The notes: a model not told the origin generated them from the letters alone. Positions 30,765-45,484 are shown, counted from the first letter of the stretch. The stretch is DNA of 64,000 nucleotides from the human T2T-CHM13v2.0 reference genome, Homo sapiens (GCF_009914755.1 NC_060926.1), one strand, 5' to 3'. Program-made: numbers and translations.

Positions 30765-31354
<590 letters not shown>

Positions 31355-33983
31355 AATACTCTCCTTTTTAAAAAACAATTCTTCCCCATTTTTCAGATTC
31401 AATAATTTGTATTGATTTTTTTTTCAAGTTCACAGGTGCTCTATTTTGTTATCTTGTTTTCTGTTAAATTTATCTAGTCAATTTTTAAATTTCAGATGTT
31501 TTTTTTTAGTACTAGAATTTCAATCATTTAATAGTTTCTATTTAATGAAATTATCTATTTGTTTCTTCATTATGAGCCAGTTTTTCTTTTCATTCTTAAG
31601 TTATAGAAACTGCTTTAAAATCCTTACCTGCTAATTCTAACATTTGGGCCATCGTGGGGTTAGTCACTATTGATTGCCTTTTCTTTTGAGTATAGGTCAC
31701 ATTTTCCTGTATCAATATATGATTAGCAATTTTGGATTGTGTTCTGTATGTATATTGTAAGAAATATGTTGTTGAGGCTCTGAATTCTGTTATGTTCCTC
31801 TGAAGAGTACTGATTTTTTTGCTTGTTTGTTTCAGCAGCATTAGCTGGGCTCAGACTCAAACTCTTTTTCCTTTGAGGTAGGCAGCAGATGAAATATCTA
31901 TTCAGATCTTTTAGCCCTGGCTGGGCTTCTTGGGGTCTGCCCTGTGCTATGCATAGTTTAGGGATGAGCCAGAGATTTGGGCTTAGTTTATATGAACAAT
32001 TTAGCACTCTCCTTGGTCACCCCCTTTCCAGGATTTCCCCTCTGGCTTTCCAGCAGTGGTGGTCACACCACTGTCTACTCATTATCCAAGCTAAAAGGCT
32101 GCTGATTTTTGATCCCAGTTTTAGCTGTCTGGCCTAGTGTTGACTGAGTCCAGAGACAAAGAACTATAAAAGCACTCAGCATTCTCCTAAGCAAGACTCC
32201 CTCTACCCTCCTCCATTTTCTCACTGCTTTGGTGACTTTTTAGGGCCTTAGGGTTAATTTTTATATTTTTAAAAGAGTTTATAGCTGTTTTCTATGAGAG
32301 GGTTAGTCTGGTGGGAACATCTCCTCTATTCTCTCAATGGAGCTCTGATTTAAGCAGATAAAGATGAGTTTTAAGCACTGGGTGGAGAGAGTATAGGCCT
32401 GAGTGTTAATTTGATGAAGTACTGGGAATGTAGTTCAAAAAGTGAGATTGAGAAATGTCAAACCTAAATGTTTATTACTTCAGAATTTTGTTTCAGGCCA
32501 ACATATTTCACTACCTCTACCTTTTACTTTTTCTCTATGTCTACCTTTTTCACTTCCTCCTCTTTCCCCAGTATCATGTCATCTACCTCATTTTAGGGCC
32601 CAGACCTTAGCAAAGCTAGTGTCTGGGCTACTCTCCAAGAATGCTAAGGACTAAATAAGCATTTCTAGGCTACTTGGGGAATGTAACCACCGCCTGTGAA
32701 TTTGGGTTCTGAACATTTAGAAGCCAGCCTCTGAATAAAGCTTGCCCATACTTCAACATGCAACTTCTTCTAAGTTTCAGTCCAGTGCCAGGGGTTTGTT
32801 CTGTGTTCCATCCCCTTCTTTTACCAGTAGCTCCTGAGAGGTTATCTCTGCTAGGCCCCTAGGATATAACTGCTGTACTTGGTTGCTAACTTGTAAAACA
32901 CTTGACTTTTCAGTTCTCTTTTTAAAATGAACACTCTGTTGTAAAGTCCTATGCCTCTGTTTGTTTCTCTGCCTATGGTACAACCAAGTAGACCATTGCA
33001 ACTGAGTTAGTTTTTTTCTCATGTTACTAACAGTGGAGTACAGAACAGTTGGGTTAGGGATGGTCCGTGCTGTTGTTTTAGCCAACCAAGTCACCCCAGC
33101 CTTTCAGCAGACAGTCAGCCCGTCCGCCACAATGACAGAAAATTGATGGTAGAAAGGCCACTTAGGTAGAATGGAGAGACGTGATCTTAAATTCTATTAG
33201 ACATTCTTCTAGGAAGAAATGACTCAAATTTTGCAGCTGGAAAATTGAGAGAGGGAGGGAGCTTAAAATTTCTTTATCATTATTATGTTAGAGGGCAGAC
33301 TTTGAAAGCTTACGACTTCTACTCAGAACACTTAGTTTCTTAAATCTTCTCTTACTTACTCATACACTTTTTGGGATATGCATTGAAAACAGATTCAGTG
33401 TACTGGAAAAAAATCAGCTCTGAAAAAACACCTAACTCACAAAACAGCTACATTAAGAATTTAGTGTTCACAGCACTAAAGGGTTATTTGTTTTTATAAA
33501 ATGGTTCTCTGAAGTGTTCCCTAAAAATACCAAATTCCCTTGGTGCCTTTAAAGTGAGAATCACATTACAAAAATCCTATTTAACAGAACATTCTGGGAA
33601 CATACAAGGTGTGATTGTAAAAGATTGTGGCTGATTTGAAGAAAAATTCCAGGACTTATACATTCAAAGGAGTGGTGTTCCCTTCAAAGTAATCACCATG
33701 TGGGTCTTTACACTTACCTCATTGAAAATGAGGATGACAGTGTCTCCCTCACAGTGTTGCCCTAGAGGTTTACACGAGATAGCTAAGAAAATGCATGGGT
33801 GCAGTAAATGCTCAAGAAAAGAGTAGGTTTTGTCTTCAATTCCAAAGAAACTACAATTACTCATTCATCACTAGAACTCCAATGTGAAAACTATTCTGTG
33901 TGTTCCAATGAAGCTTTATCTCTGGTCTGTGGGATGAATTTGGAGTCAACCATGGAGAGTAAGGTGGTGGGCTAATGGACTCT

Positions 33984-33987
33984 GTGT

Positions 33988-34018
<31 letters not shown>

Positions 34019-34121
34019 GTGGGTGTGTGCATGCCGCAATTTGTTTTCTAATTTTTATGAGCTCTTAAATTACTGATCTCATAGGATGTGTGTGTGTGTG
34101 TGTGCGTGTGTGTGTGTGTGT
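33984..34121. repeat. Two (TG)n microsatellites (33984-34030, 34087-34121)
   Basis: Directly visible. Confidence 0.93.
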
Positions 34122-34123
34122 CT

Positions 34124-34621
34124 TGTAGACAAAGTAACAAATGTAAGAAGCCATGTTTGTTCATTTCTGCTTGCCAGCATAATTTCCCAAACCCCCTGAC
34201 TCAGTGACAACCTGCAGCTCTCTGGAAAGATGCTTTGAAGACAAAATGGGGTAAGGCACGTGCTTCCCATGTCTCTTGCCTGAGTCACTACTTAGCTTTG
34301 CCTTTTGCTACACAGAAGATAATGTCCAACGGGGTTGGTGACTATGCTTCTGTAATCTATGACCAGATATACTCTCACACTGAAGCCTTGATATGATCCT
34401 TACTTCGATGTAACTTCTGAACAAGTTGGAGATGAATTTGTACATTCAGAACCTCCACCACCTGTATGTAAGTAATGGGCTGAAACACTGCCTTGGTGGT
34501 CTGCCAGGACTGCTCCGTGGCTGGAGGCCTTGATTTACAGTCTTATTGTCCTCCATCAGACTTTTGAATGAAACTAACTTTAATTCTTTAAAAGCTTGAC
34601 ATTTTTTTCCTTTAGCCAACA
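34124..34621 (+). mobile_element. ERV solo LTR (LTR47/MER72-like) inserted in a TG tract
   Basis: TGTAGACAAAGTAACAAATGTAAGAAGCC...tttagccaaCA. Confidence 0.7.
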
Positions 34622-34767
34622 GTGTGTATGTAAGTATATATATGTATATAAAACATATAACATAATTGTATGTATTATTTATGTATTTAATTTGGCAGGG
34701 TGGTGGGGTGGAGGTGAAATAAGTGCTGTGTGTCTGCAGCATGGGATATAAACTCAAATGCCCAGAG

Positions 34768-35595
34768 CAGTGGATCTCAATCTTTGCCATATATTCAATG
34801 GCCCGGTAAACTTTTAAAAATCCTGATCTCCTGCCACACCCTATGCCAATTAATACAGAACCCGTAGGAGGAGACGTCAGTCATTTTTAAAGCTCGCCAG
34901 GTAATATCAATGTGCAGCCAAGTCCCAGAGCAGGAACCCAGGCGGTCTTCAGTTCCAGATGCCTCTTAGAATCACCTCAAGAGCTCTCAAAACTTACTGG
35001 TGCCTGGGCCCCACCCTTCCGAGATTCTGATTCACTTATCTGAGGTGGAGCCTGGGGTATGGTTTGGGGTATTCAGAAAGTTCTCCAGCTGATTCCAGTG
35101 TGTAGCTATGAACCCCCAAAATTTGAGACAGGTCTCAGTTAATTTAGAAGTTTATTTTGCCAAGGTTGAGGACGTGCACCCATGACACAGCCTCAGGAGG
35201 TTCTGATGACATAGCTTGGTTTTATACATTTTAGGGATATATGAGACATCAATCAACATATATAAAATGAACATTGATTCAGTCCAGAAAGGCAGGACAA
35301 CTCAAGCAAAAGCAGGAGAATTCAAAGCAACTTGAAGCAACTCGAAGTAGGAAGAGGGCTTCCAGGTCACAGGTAGATGAGAGATAAACGGTTGCGGTTG
35401 CGTTCTTTTGAGTTTCTGATTAGCCTTTCCAAAGGAGGCAGTCACATATGCATTTATTTCAGCAGAGGGATGGCTTTGAATAGAATGGGAGGCATGTTTG
35501 CCCTCTGCAGTTCCCAGCTTGAATTTTCCCTTTAGCTTAGTGATTTTGGGGGCCCAGGATATTTTCCTTTCACATAGCCAAGTCTGGGAACTGGT
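34768..35595. mobile_element. Two MER5A-like MITEs; the second is split by MER4A
   Basis: ccaggtaatatcaatgtgcagcca; ttagaatcacct...gagattctgattcac...ctgattccagtgtgtagc|caagtctgggaactg. Confidence 0.65.
35107..35574 (-). mobile_element. MER4A1-like ERV1 solo LTR, 4-bp TSD TAGC
   Basis: Reverse strand starts TGTGAAAGGAAAATATCCTGGGCCCCCAAAATCACTAAGCTAAAGGG; TAGC at 35103-35106 / 35575-35578. Confidence 0.9.
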
Positions 35596-35784
35596 GGCTT
35601 CAGGTGCCCAGCTGATAAAGGAGAGGGATGAAGAGGGCATAGGGGGTGGCCACAAAAAATGGGAGAGCATCTTCTCTAAGGGGGCAGCTGCTGTGCAGAT
35701 TTCTGTGGGGATGCGGGCCCACTGTCACCAGCCCTTCTATTTTTCAAATGACACTGGAAGTCTGGGTATTTACATAGAAACATC

Positions 35785-36360
35785 TAATTTTTAAACAGTG
35801 ATAAAATATACATAACATACAATTTACCATTTAAACCATCTTTAAGTGTACCTTAAATACATTCATATTGCTGTGTAACCATCACTACCATTCGTCTCCA
35901 GAACTTTTTCATCTTCCCAAAAGAAAAACCCAAACTGTTAAACAATAACTCCCCACTCCTGGTAACCAATGTTCTATTTTATGTCTTTATGAATTTGACT
36001 ACTCTAGGTCCCTCGTGTAGGTGGAATCACATAGTATTTGCCCTTTTGTGACTGGCTTGTTTCACTTAGCATCATGTTTACAAGGTTCATTCACGTTGCA
36101 GCATGTGTCAGAATTTCCTTCCTTTTTAAAACTGAATAATATTTCACTTATGAATGTATGCGCTACATTTTGTTTATCCATTTGTCTGTTGATGAACACA
36201 AGGGTTGCTTCCACCTTTTGGCTATTGTAAATGATGCTGCTATGGAAATGGGTGTACAAATATCTGTTTGACTGACCTGCTTTCAATTCTTTTGGGTACA
36301 TACCTAGAAGTAGAATTGCTGGAGCATATGGTAATTCTATGTTTAGGAACCACCATATTG
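35785..36360 (-). mobile_element. L1MB-type 3' end
   Basis: aaaatatacataacatacaatttaccatttaaacc; gtggaatcacatagtatttgcccttttgtgactggc. Confidence 0.85.
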
Positions 36361-37333
36361 AGCTTTCTAATTTTTAAATGTTTGTAATTAATTCCAATTG
36401 AAGCAGCAACAGCAACAACAAACATAGCCATTCTGCTAGACTGGCCTTGTGATCTCCAGACTGGCATTTTCCAGAACAGTCTGTAAGTCCACAGGTTCCT
36501 TCTCTCTGGGTCTCAGTTTCCTCATCTATAAAATGAGGAGACTGGACTATATCTTTCCTGCTTCTGTTTTGTTCAAACAGTCCAAGGTGTTGGAGTCAGT
36601 ATTCTAAATTGATTGCAGTTCTTATTCTTGCATGTGGAGCTTGAGTCTCATGACCAGCATTCAGTATCCTGGGGCTCAAATCTCCAAAGCCCACATGATC
36701 CCAGCTGTCTGGATAAGAGGGGGAATCAGACCAGACACGTGTTTGGGTCCGATCTGACACAAGTAAAGTCTAAATCAGCCAAGATATAACCTGCTTGTGT
36801 TAGCCACAGAGCAGTCAGCGTGCCCTTTTAAGGAAAGAGTAATCTATTTTCCAGTCCCAACAAACTTCAACCACATTTGAGCAGAAAAGATCACATTTCC
36901 AAGCTGTAGGTAAGACTGCTGAGGTTGTAATATGATTCTTTGTATGTTTGTGACAATCTCTTAGCGGGAACTCTTTGTTGGCTTTTTAGAGGAAGATGTA
37001 GGTCCAGACTTTTGAAAGTTTGTTTGCTTATTTTTATGAACCCCTTAAATTACTAACCTCTCAGGACCAAAGCACATAGCAGACAGCTGCTCCCAGAATC
37101 CTGTGGGTCCTCCCAACTCTCAGGCAGATTTTACCTCTTCATGTTTTTGTACCGAAAGGACCTTAGTTTGTGTTTTATTACTATTTAAACAGGTACAACA
37201 ACTTATTCAAACACTTTTTTCTCTCCTTTCTTATTTTTAATTTGACTCTGATTTTTTTCATAACATACTCACTGAAAGGAAACCAATGTTTTTCATACCT
37301 TTGAAAAAAATTCATCAACTATTTATTGAGTCA

Positions 37334-38349
37334 TGTCAGGGTGAGATGGAGCATGGACCCCTCTTAGGGGTCTGCTGGTTCCTTCTCAGGCATGAAAATG
37401 AAGAAGTACCTGGAGTTCCGTTAAGGGAAATTCCAGGCATCTAGCTAGCCCTGAGAAGTTGGTGAGTGACTTGATAAGAAAGAAAGTAATAATAGCTTAA
37501 AACAATAGCCAAAGAAGTTAGAGTCAGGAGACGTTTGGTCCCCTGTAGAAACTAAAGATAACATCTTAGTTAGTCCTTGGGTTCTTTTTCAGAAACCCAG
37601 ACCCCCACCTAGTGAATCCACTGGCACACAGACCTCAGATAAGGGAGAACTGAGGACTGAGTTCTGAGAACCATTCTTTGTCCTAAATTTCTTCCAGAGG
37701 GGCCTGGAGGAAGTGAGATCCATGGGCCAGATCTAACATTCTTTTCTGCTAGCATCTAAAGAAAGCTTCCTTTCCTTGGCCAATGAGAAAATCTTTGAAT
37801 CTACTTATGACCTGTAAGTCCCTACTTCAAGATACCACACACCCTTTCAGGACAAACCCATGTTTAACCTCATGTATTGATTTATAATTTTGCCTGTAAC
37901 TTCCGCTTCCCTGAAATTTAGCCCTGACTTTAAAAACCCTTGCTTACAAGCCAAGCTTGTCCAACCCACAGCCTGTGGGTCGCGTGTGGCCCAGGATGGC
38001 TTTGAATGTGGACCAATACAAATTTGTAAGCTTTCCTAAAACATGATGAGATTTTTTTGTGATTTATTTATTTATTTATTTTTTTAACTCATCAGCTATC
38101 ATTAGGGTTAGTGTATTTTATGTGTGGCCCAAGATAATTCTTCCAATGTGGCCCAGGGAAGCCAAAAGATTGGGCACCCCTGTTATAAGCCACTGTGGAG
38201 GGGGGTCTTAAGCATGAACTACCTAGTTCTCTTACATAGTGCCCCATAAACAAACACCTCCCTTTCTCTTTCCTTTTCTGCAAAATCTCAGGTGTAAATG
38301 TTTGGCCTTACTGCACTGGGCGAGCAGGCCTCAGTGTGGTTTGGTAACC
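37334..38349 (+). mobile_element. MER39-like ERV1 LTR containing MER30
   Basis: ggacccctcttaggggtctgc; aagggaaattccaggcatctagctagccctgagaag; ends ggtttggtaac. Confidence 0.75.
37952..38182. mobile_element. MER30 hAT MITE, 8-bp TSD TTACAAGC/TTATAAGC
   Basis: caagcttgtccaacc...gccaaaagattgggcacccctg. Confidence 0.88.
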
Positions 38350-38662
38350 AGGGTTTTTTGCCATTTGTGATTCATTTCAACAAATGTTTTTGGTTTCTGT
38401 TCATTAGAGAGGAGATGATGCTGGGGTGAGAAAGCATGGGATGTGGGGACAGGCTGGTCTGGCCCACTCACCAGCTCTGCCATTTACTTGGTCGGTGACT
38501 TTGGACAAATGCCTCCTTTGGTTGGGCATTTGTAAAATAGGGACTGTCTATCATTTAGGGTTGTAACAAAGATTAATAATGCATGCATAGTACCGGAGGA
38601 GGGATGTGGCGTGTAAGTATTCAATAAGTGGAAGCCATTATTAATAATCTCTGACCCCCTTC

Positions 38663-39492
38663 AGATAGGGACAAGATTCAGGGAAATTCTGGGCAGAAAA
38701 GGGTGAGTCCCTGGCAAGGGCCCTACCCTCAAGCTGAAAAGCCTGATACTGTAGCCCAAAGTGAGAACTTACATCCCTGTTTTCCCGCTCAAATGTTGCC
38801 TTTTCCAAAACTACCCATGGCCCACCCTGCCCTCCATCCTATGCCCATAAAAACCCCAGGCTTAGCCAGCAGAGAGGAGAAGCAGCTGGATGTAGGAGAC
38901 TGTTGGAGACTGTCAGAGACTACAGTTGGATGTCAGATAGAAGCGGCTTGACTTCAGAGGGACAGCTTGATGTCGTAACTTCGGAGATTTCCTTTCCCAC
39001 TCTGTCCCCTTTTCAGCTCACCTTCCAGCTGAGAGCCACCTTCATCGGCAATAAAATTCCCTGCATTGCCCATCTCCAATTCATTTGTGCGACCTCATTC
39101 CTCCTGGATGCTGGATAAGAATTCGGGTGCCACAAGTGTGGGTGCAAAAGGCTGTCACAGTGATCCTCCACTGAGCTGTTAACACTTAAGCTGTTTGCAG
39201 ATGGCAAAGCTAAAAGGGCACTGTAACACTCCTTCTGGGGCCCTAGGGGTCACAGGTACCCCACTAGACACTGCTGTGGGGCCCACATAGTTTTTCTCCT
39301 GCTGGCACCCAAAAACACTTGCCCTGGCTCCTGCACCTGTTCACCTGTGCTTCCCCTCCTCCCACGAGGGTGGAAGACAGTGGGACCAAGCGAGTAGAGT
39401 CCACCCCTGCTGGCACCAAAGCAGTGGCTAGTTCTAGTGCCTGTGCTCTCCAGTTCCCACTTGTGAAGGGGTCAGGGAAATATCCTACTTCA
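38663..39492 (+). mobile_element. MER50-like ERV1 solo LTR
   Basis: gggaaattctgggcagaaaaggg...ggcaagggccctaccctcaagc...gtcagggaaatatcctacttCA. Confidence 0.7.
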
Positions 39493-41042
39493 TTTCTGGG
39501 CATTGAGAAAGAAACACAAGGGCCTGGGAATTGGGAGACTTGGGTTGTTTCTGTTCCTAATTAGCTGTGATCTTGGGCAAGGGACAAACTTGCTGGGGGT
39601 CAAGGTCTGCATCGTTTATTTAACAAGCACATAGTAGTTGCCTACCAGTAGGCAGATCTTGCAGTAGGAGTTGAGAATAGGAAGATGAATGGGATGTGGC
39701 CAGCTCTAAGATGCTCCCCAGTTAGTTGAAGAAGACAGATACTCCAAGGTGTTGGATAGGCATTAGAAGGGCTGGATGAAACTTTAGTTAGAGCATCAGG
39801 GACTCAGCAGTACAAAGGTGCATTAACATTTGCCTTGAGTTACAACAGTTTTAGGTAGAGGCAATTATGGGGCTCTGGTGAGCTTTAGAGGTCTTGGTTA
39901 CCATGATCTAATTGGAATTACCTTCTGTGTGCAGGGAGTACTTTACTAACCCCTGTAGTGAGGCAGAGACCCCCTCCCTGGGCATCAAAGCAGAAAATTA
40001 GGTTTTGTATAAACCATTATATATAAACCTCTTGTTGACTGGCTCTGATAAGAAAGCCATAGTAAGCCCCCAGTGCTTTGTTATTTGCTTTGCAGCAACT
40101 TTGCCACCAAGAGTGACCGGCAGGGTGTCTGTGTTTTACTTCAACTCCTAGTTGAAAGAAAATCATTCTTTGTTAATCGCTGTATTGTAATTGTGAAACA
40201 CCACGTTTGAGGAAGAGTTTCAAGGCAGAAATAGCCTTGAGGTCTAGTTCCCTTGTTTTTTAATTTGGAATGAAGGAAATGCTCTCATCTGAATTCCCCT
40301 ATAGCCTGCAGGCAGTGGCATTCTAAGCAGCCTGCACACAAAAAAACCAGATCATATTTTAAGAGTCTTTTTTTCTCTCACTCCATTTACCTCTGTTCTA
40401 TTCAGGAGAATGAAAAAATGGGAATCTTTATTTTTTTAAAAATGCCTTAAAAAATAACATCAAAACGTCAGTCTTTGCCATTTTCCAGTGCCTGGGGAAT
40501 TGGCACATGTCTTCAATGCTAAAAGAATGTACTTTTCATGTTGCTTTGCATTGCAAATGAGCTTCATTCTTGGAAGACCTGACAGAGTAGGGGTGGCACC
40601 TTCACCATTTGGTTTCCTGATGCCCAGAGCGATATGGGGATTCATGAAGTCCAGTGTGGCTGGTGGATAAGATACTGGCTGCCAGAAAGTGGTAGCTCTG
40701 GCTCCTTGGTCAATTCTGAGACTCTTCTAGACCTCTGTGCTCATCACACATGCAGGAAGTAAGGATCCAGGGTCAGCATGGGGGCTGGCACCACCCCTTC
40801 TAAATGTAGGCATGGAAACTACAAGGCAGGCGTTTCCGAGAAAGAGACAGAGACTATGAAACTTACTTTGAAATCATCCATAGTGATTGAAATACAAAAA
40901 AAGCACATTGGTTTTCTGAATCATTTTCAAGTTATTTTGTTCCCGAATGCCACTCCTCCATGGATCCTCTTCTGAATTCCCATTGTCTGTTCCTCCTCAC
41001 CCTTGGTCTTGAACTTTCCCCTTCCAAGCCCTAGAACCCTTG

Positions 41043-41662
41043 TGAAACGGCCTTTGCAAAAATTTTAACAGTGAGATAATTATCACGGTAAAAGAGATCT
41101 AATATAACCAACCCCCATCTTACTTTTAACCTCCGAACTGCTCTTAATCATTCCTGGGCTTAGGCCAAGCTAACTTTGGGAGCTACTTAGTTTATAATTT
41201 GAATGATATTAGCCCTTCCCCAAAACTAAACCACTTTTGTAAAGCTAATGAAAGACCACCAGGTTAGGAGAATGAGGAGTCTTACCAGCCATTATTCCAA
41301 AGGTCACAAGATTTGTAACATCCCCAATTACTCCTGAAGATAACATGACTATTGTAGAACCTAAGATTGGCCTTTTGAGATGTCTTTTCAGGTTTTTGCA
41401 TTTCTGGTGACCAATGGCTCTAACCTGGAACCGCCAGCCAGTCCTTTGTCCCCACCCGAAGTCAATTCCCTGGTCTGCCAAACTATCCTTGAAAAACACT
41501 AGCCTCTGAATTTTCAGGGAGATTGATTTGAGTAATGACTCTGTCTCCCAAGTGGCATGGCTGGCCTTCTGTCAGTTAAACTTTTCCTTTATTGCAATGT
41601 CATGGTCTCAATGAATTGTTTTTGTCTGTGAGATGGGCAGGAAGAACCCATAGGTGGTTACA
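41043..41662 (+). mobile_element. LTR8-family (LTR8A/B-like) solo LTR, 4-bp TSD CTTG
   Basis: TGAAACGGCCTTTGCAAAAATT...gaagaacccataggtggttaCA; CTTG at 41039-41042 / 41663-41666. Confidence 0.88.
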
Positions 41663-44049
41663 CTTGTGCTTCCTTTGAGGGCCTGACCTCCAGCTTGGGA
41701 GGAGCAGCTGGGCCCCAGCATCCCTGCGGGGAACTGAGCTAGGCCCTCTGGTTGGGTTAGTGAATGTGTTAGGCAGCCCCCAGTCCTCCGCTGCCTTTGT
41801 ATACATCTCCACACATCTTGCTTTCCCATTACTTCCTTTAACATTTTTCCCCTTAGTGTCCTAGCAACTGTCATGTCTACAAATTAACCTGAGAAAAATG
41901 TTGAAAAGGCACCGCTCTTACAGCCTGTGCTCCAGCTCCCCTGCTTCCTCCCAGCCCTTCCTCTGCTTCCTCTGCCTTCTGGTACAGTCATTAGTTGCTC
42001 CTCCAATTCCCCACTTGGCTGGCTTAGCTGCCTCTCTGCATGCCCCATTCCCATCTTTCTGTGTGCTCTGGTCCTCTCTCTGTCCTCCACTAGACCATAA
42101 GCTTCTTGAGCAAAGGGGTTGTCCCTTTCCATTGTGTAGTCCTGGCACCTCCAGCACAGTTAGGGTGCACGTAGTAGGCATTCAGCAAACGCTTGCTGCA
42201 TTAGGTTGTACATATGGTTCACATTTTCTAGGAACGTCTGTTTGTTCTGATTATCTGCCAGCCAAGTATACTCTTGGGTAGAAAAAGGGAAATGGACTAA
42301 AAGATGTGGTTCAAGGAGTAGTCAACAGCCTGCTCATAATTACTAGTGGGAATGGAATAAGCATAAACTTTCTTGCATAACTAATCAATATCTTAATATA
42401 TCTCCATTAGCAAGGGTGTATCTTATGTTATTGTTATTAAATATCTACCTATTGTGTCAAAAAGGTTTCAGGGTAATTGTTATTGATGGTTAAAATCTTG
42501 TCGGCTGCTGACCGTAGATTTCTTTTTTTAATGGATGATGATTGGCTGAGATTTATTTTTCCTGTATTGCTATAAGCCAGATTCTCCATTAAGCTATAAA
42601 ATATTATGATACACTTGAAGCAATGTAATGTGATCCAAACACACAGTTATAACTCATTTCATTATTAGTCTCATGTGCCAAGACATTAGCATAGCAGTTA
42701 ACTAGTACTGGGATAAGAGTGGTGCTCAGGAATATTTTTTAACAATCCAATTGCATTAGTGCCAGCTATAGTTTAACCATCGGATGGTTATACTCACATG
42801 CATAATGATAATTGAGCAATAGAATGCTGACATGAATTTTTGAGGCAGAATCTCTGTTTTTAGCTTTAAATACAAAAATCCAATCCAGAGAACAGTGTGA
42901 TATCTACCAGCATTTGGTAGATTTCAGTTTGTTAGAAGAGGCTCGGGTTCCCTTTGTCCTCTGTGGTTGGTACCTGAGTTGTAGCTATTTAGAAATGGAT
43001 TTCTGGAACAGTCTAAATCTTCTGTGCTGTTCTCATATTTCCCTGTACTATCCCAGAGGTATGAAACTACATCATCCGGCCTACCCTTTATACCCAAATG
43101 TGGTTCAGAAATCCACTTTGTCTGAGCTGTTGTCCAGATTTTTGTCATAGGCACTTAACACTTCTCCCATGGAAAGCTGCTGGGATAGAGTATATGAATG
43201 GCCCCAATCCTTCATCCTCGCCCTGGTTACATCCTTTACAATGTAACGTTGCAGTTCCTGCCACTAAAGAGGAGTGATGTCTCCCTGCCCTTTGACTTTG
43301 GGTTTGGCCATGTGACTTGCTTTGGGCTGTTAGATGTCACATGACTTATTCTTCACTTCCTGACTTTCCCTACTTGGTGTTCCACTTGTGCTAAATCGTG
43401 TGCATTCCTGGAATACATCACACACCTTGGCATCACATATTTCCTATTAATAGTTCTACAATATTCTCTCATGCATCCCCACATCCACCACACCCCGAGG
43501 GCACCACACTCTTTCAGGGCACTGCTGACTCATTCTTCAGTCAACACACAGTCAAGAATCATCTTCTCCCGAAAGCTCCTGCCCCCTCACCTCCCACACG
43601 CCCCAGGGTCCTTCAGGAGCACCTTCTGTTGCTGCACTTGTTGCCTTGTTTTTTAATTTCTGGCTTCTTTTCCTATGAGTTCCTGAAGGGCAGGGATATA
43701 TTCTTCTCCATATTCCCAGGGCCCAACACAGTTCCTTGTGTGTAAGTGGTAAGCCAGCCGATTTCAGCCCTTTTTCCTTTGGTTGTAACCGGCTTCATTC
43801 CAAGATAAGATTGAGTCATGCTAAAAAAAAAAAAAAAATTGAAAACACAGGATAACAATTAAGTAGATGAAAATTTAGGAGAGAAAGGAAATAAGGGGAT
43901 AAAGAGATGATGAAATAAAAATTCAAGTTGGAGCCCCAACATGCCAGGAAATCCTGTATAATTGTTATATTTAGGCCTCTAATTAAGCTCTAAGCTTCTA
44001 AGCACCAAAGCAAAGGAGAAAAAACAGGAATGGTTATAATGTTCGGTTT

Positions 44050-45150
44050 AGATACTTCACGAAAGAAGATGTATGTAAGGCCAATAAGCACATTGAAAGA
44101 TGCTCAACATGATTAGTCATGAAGGAAATGTAAGTTAAAATCATGAGTTACCACATTATACTCACTATATTGGTTTAAATGAAAAAGACTGACAATATCA
44201 AGTGCTATTAGAATATAACGCAACTGGGCTCTGACACAATGCCGGTAAGAGAATAAAAGTCTGGCAGTATTTTATGAAGTTAAACACATACCTATCTTGT
44301 GACCCAGCAATTCCACTAAGTAACTGAGAGACTCATTCATGACTTGTACGCAAAAGACTTGCACGTGAATGACAACAGCAGATTTATTCATAACAGCTAA
44401 GAACTGGAAACAACTTAGTTGTCCCAGGGTGAACAGACAGTTGAATTGTGGTATATTCATACAATGAAATAGTACTCAACAATGAAAATGAACAAGTTGC
44501 TGGTATATGCAACATGGATATATTTCACAGACATTATTTGAGAGACAGAAGCCAGAGAAATAAGATATATATATTATATAATTCATATGAAGTTCTAGAA
44601 TAGGTAAATGTAATCTACAAGGAGAGAAATCAGATCAGTGGTCGCAGGGGATGGGTATAATATGTGAAAAATTTACTGTAAAGAGACATGAGACAATTTG
44701 CTGGTATGATGGCACTGTTGTAAGTCGGAGTCAGCCAACTTCTTCTGCAAAGGGTAAGATAGTAAACATATTAGGCTTTTCATATTATGGTCTGTGTTAC
44801 AACTACTTAGCTCTACCATTATAGCCAAAAAGTGGCCATAGACATGTAAACGATGAACATAGCTGTGTCCCAATAAAATTTTATTTGTACATTGAAACTT
44901 GAATTTCATATATAGTTCACATGCAATGAAATGTTATTAATTTTTTTCAACTATTTGAAAATATAAAATCCATTATTTTCTGGCCATACAAAAATAGGTG
45001 GCAGGCCAGAGTTTGCAGCTCCCATTCTAAATTTCAACTAGGGTGGTTGTTACCTGGGAATATCCATCTGTAAAACTCATCAAATTACTGTCTAAATTTT
45101 TGTGTTTATTTTTTACTTAATTTTAAGCATAATGTAAATTATGTTTAAAA
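44050..45150 (+). mobile_element. L1ME-type 3' region with a MER58B-like MITE (~44726-45020)
   Basis: aagatgctcaacatgattagtca; gacccagcaattccact; MER58 gagtcagccaacttcttctgcaaagggtaagatagtaaa. Confidence 0.75.
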
Positions 45151-45484
45151 AAATTTATAGTTTACACGTAAGATAAAGAATGTGTATTTATCAATCAGCT
45201 GAAACCCAGATTTTCAGGATAGAAATTTCTCCTCTGGGTTTAAACAAGGTAGAAATTAGATGGTTACTGTTTGGCCGCTGGTGGGCTGGCTCTTGCCTGC
45301 AGATAGGTTTTACTTGGCCTACAGAGTGTTAAGCATACATGATTTGAATTGGACTAGCCCTTCGGGCAACCCTCGTTAGTTCTGCAGACCCCATCATTCC
45401 CTGATAACTTAATTATTATGGGCTCCTTTTCACCTTTTTACAATCAACCTCTCACTATTCTTTTTTTAAAAAAACTTATTATAT

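Noticed and set aside
45270-45290. TGGCCGCTGGTGGGC as a CTCF site
   Set aside because: Several mismatches to the core motif
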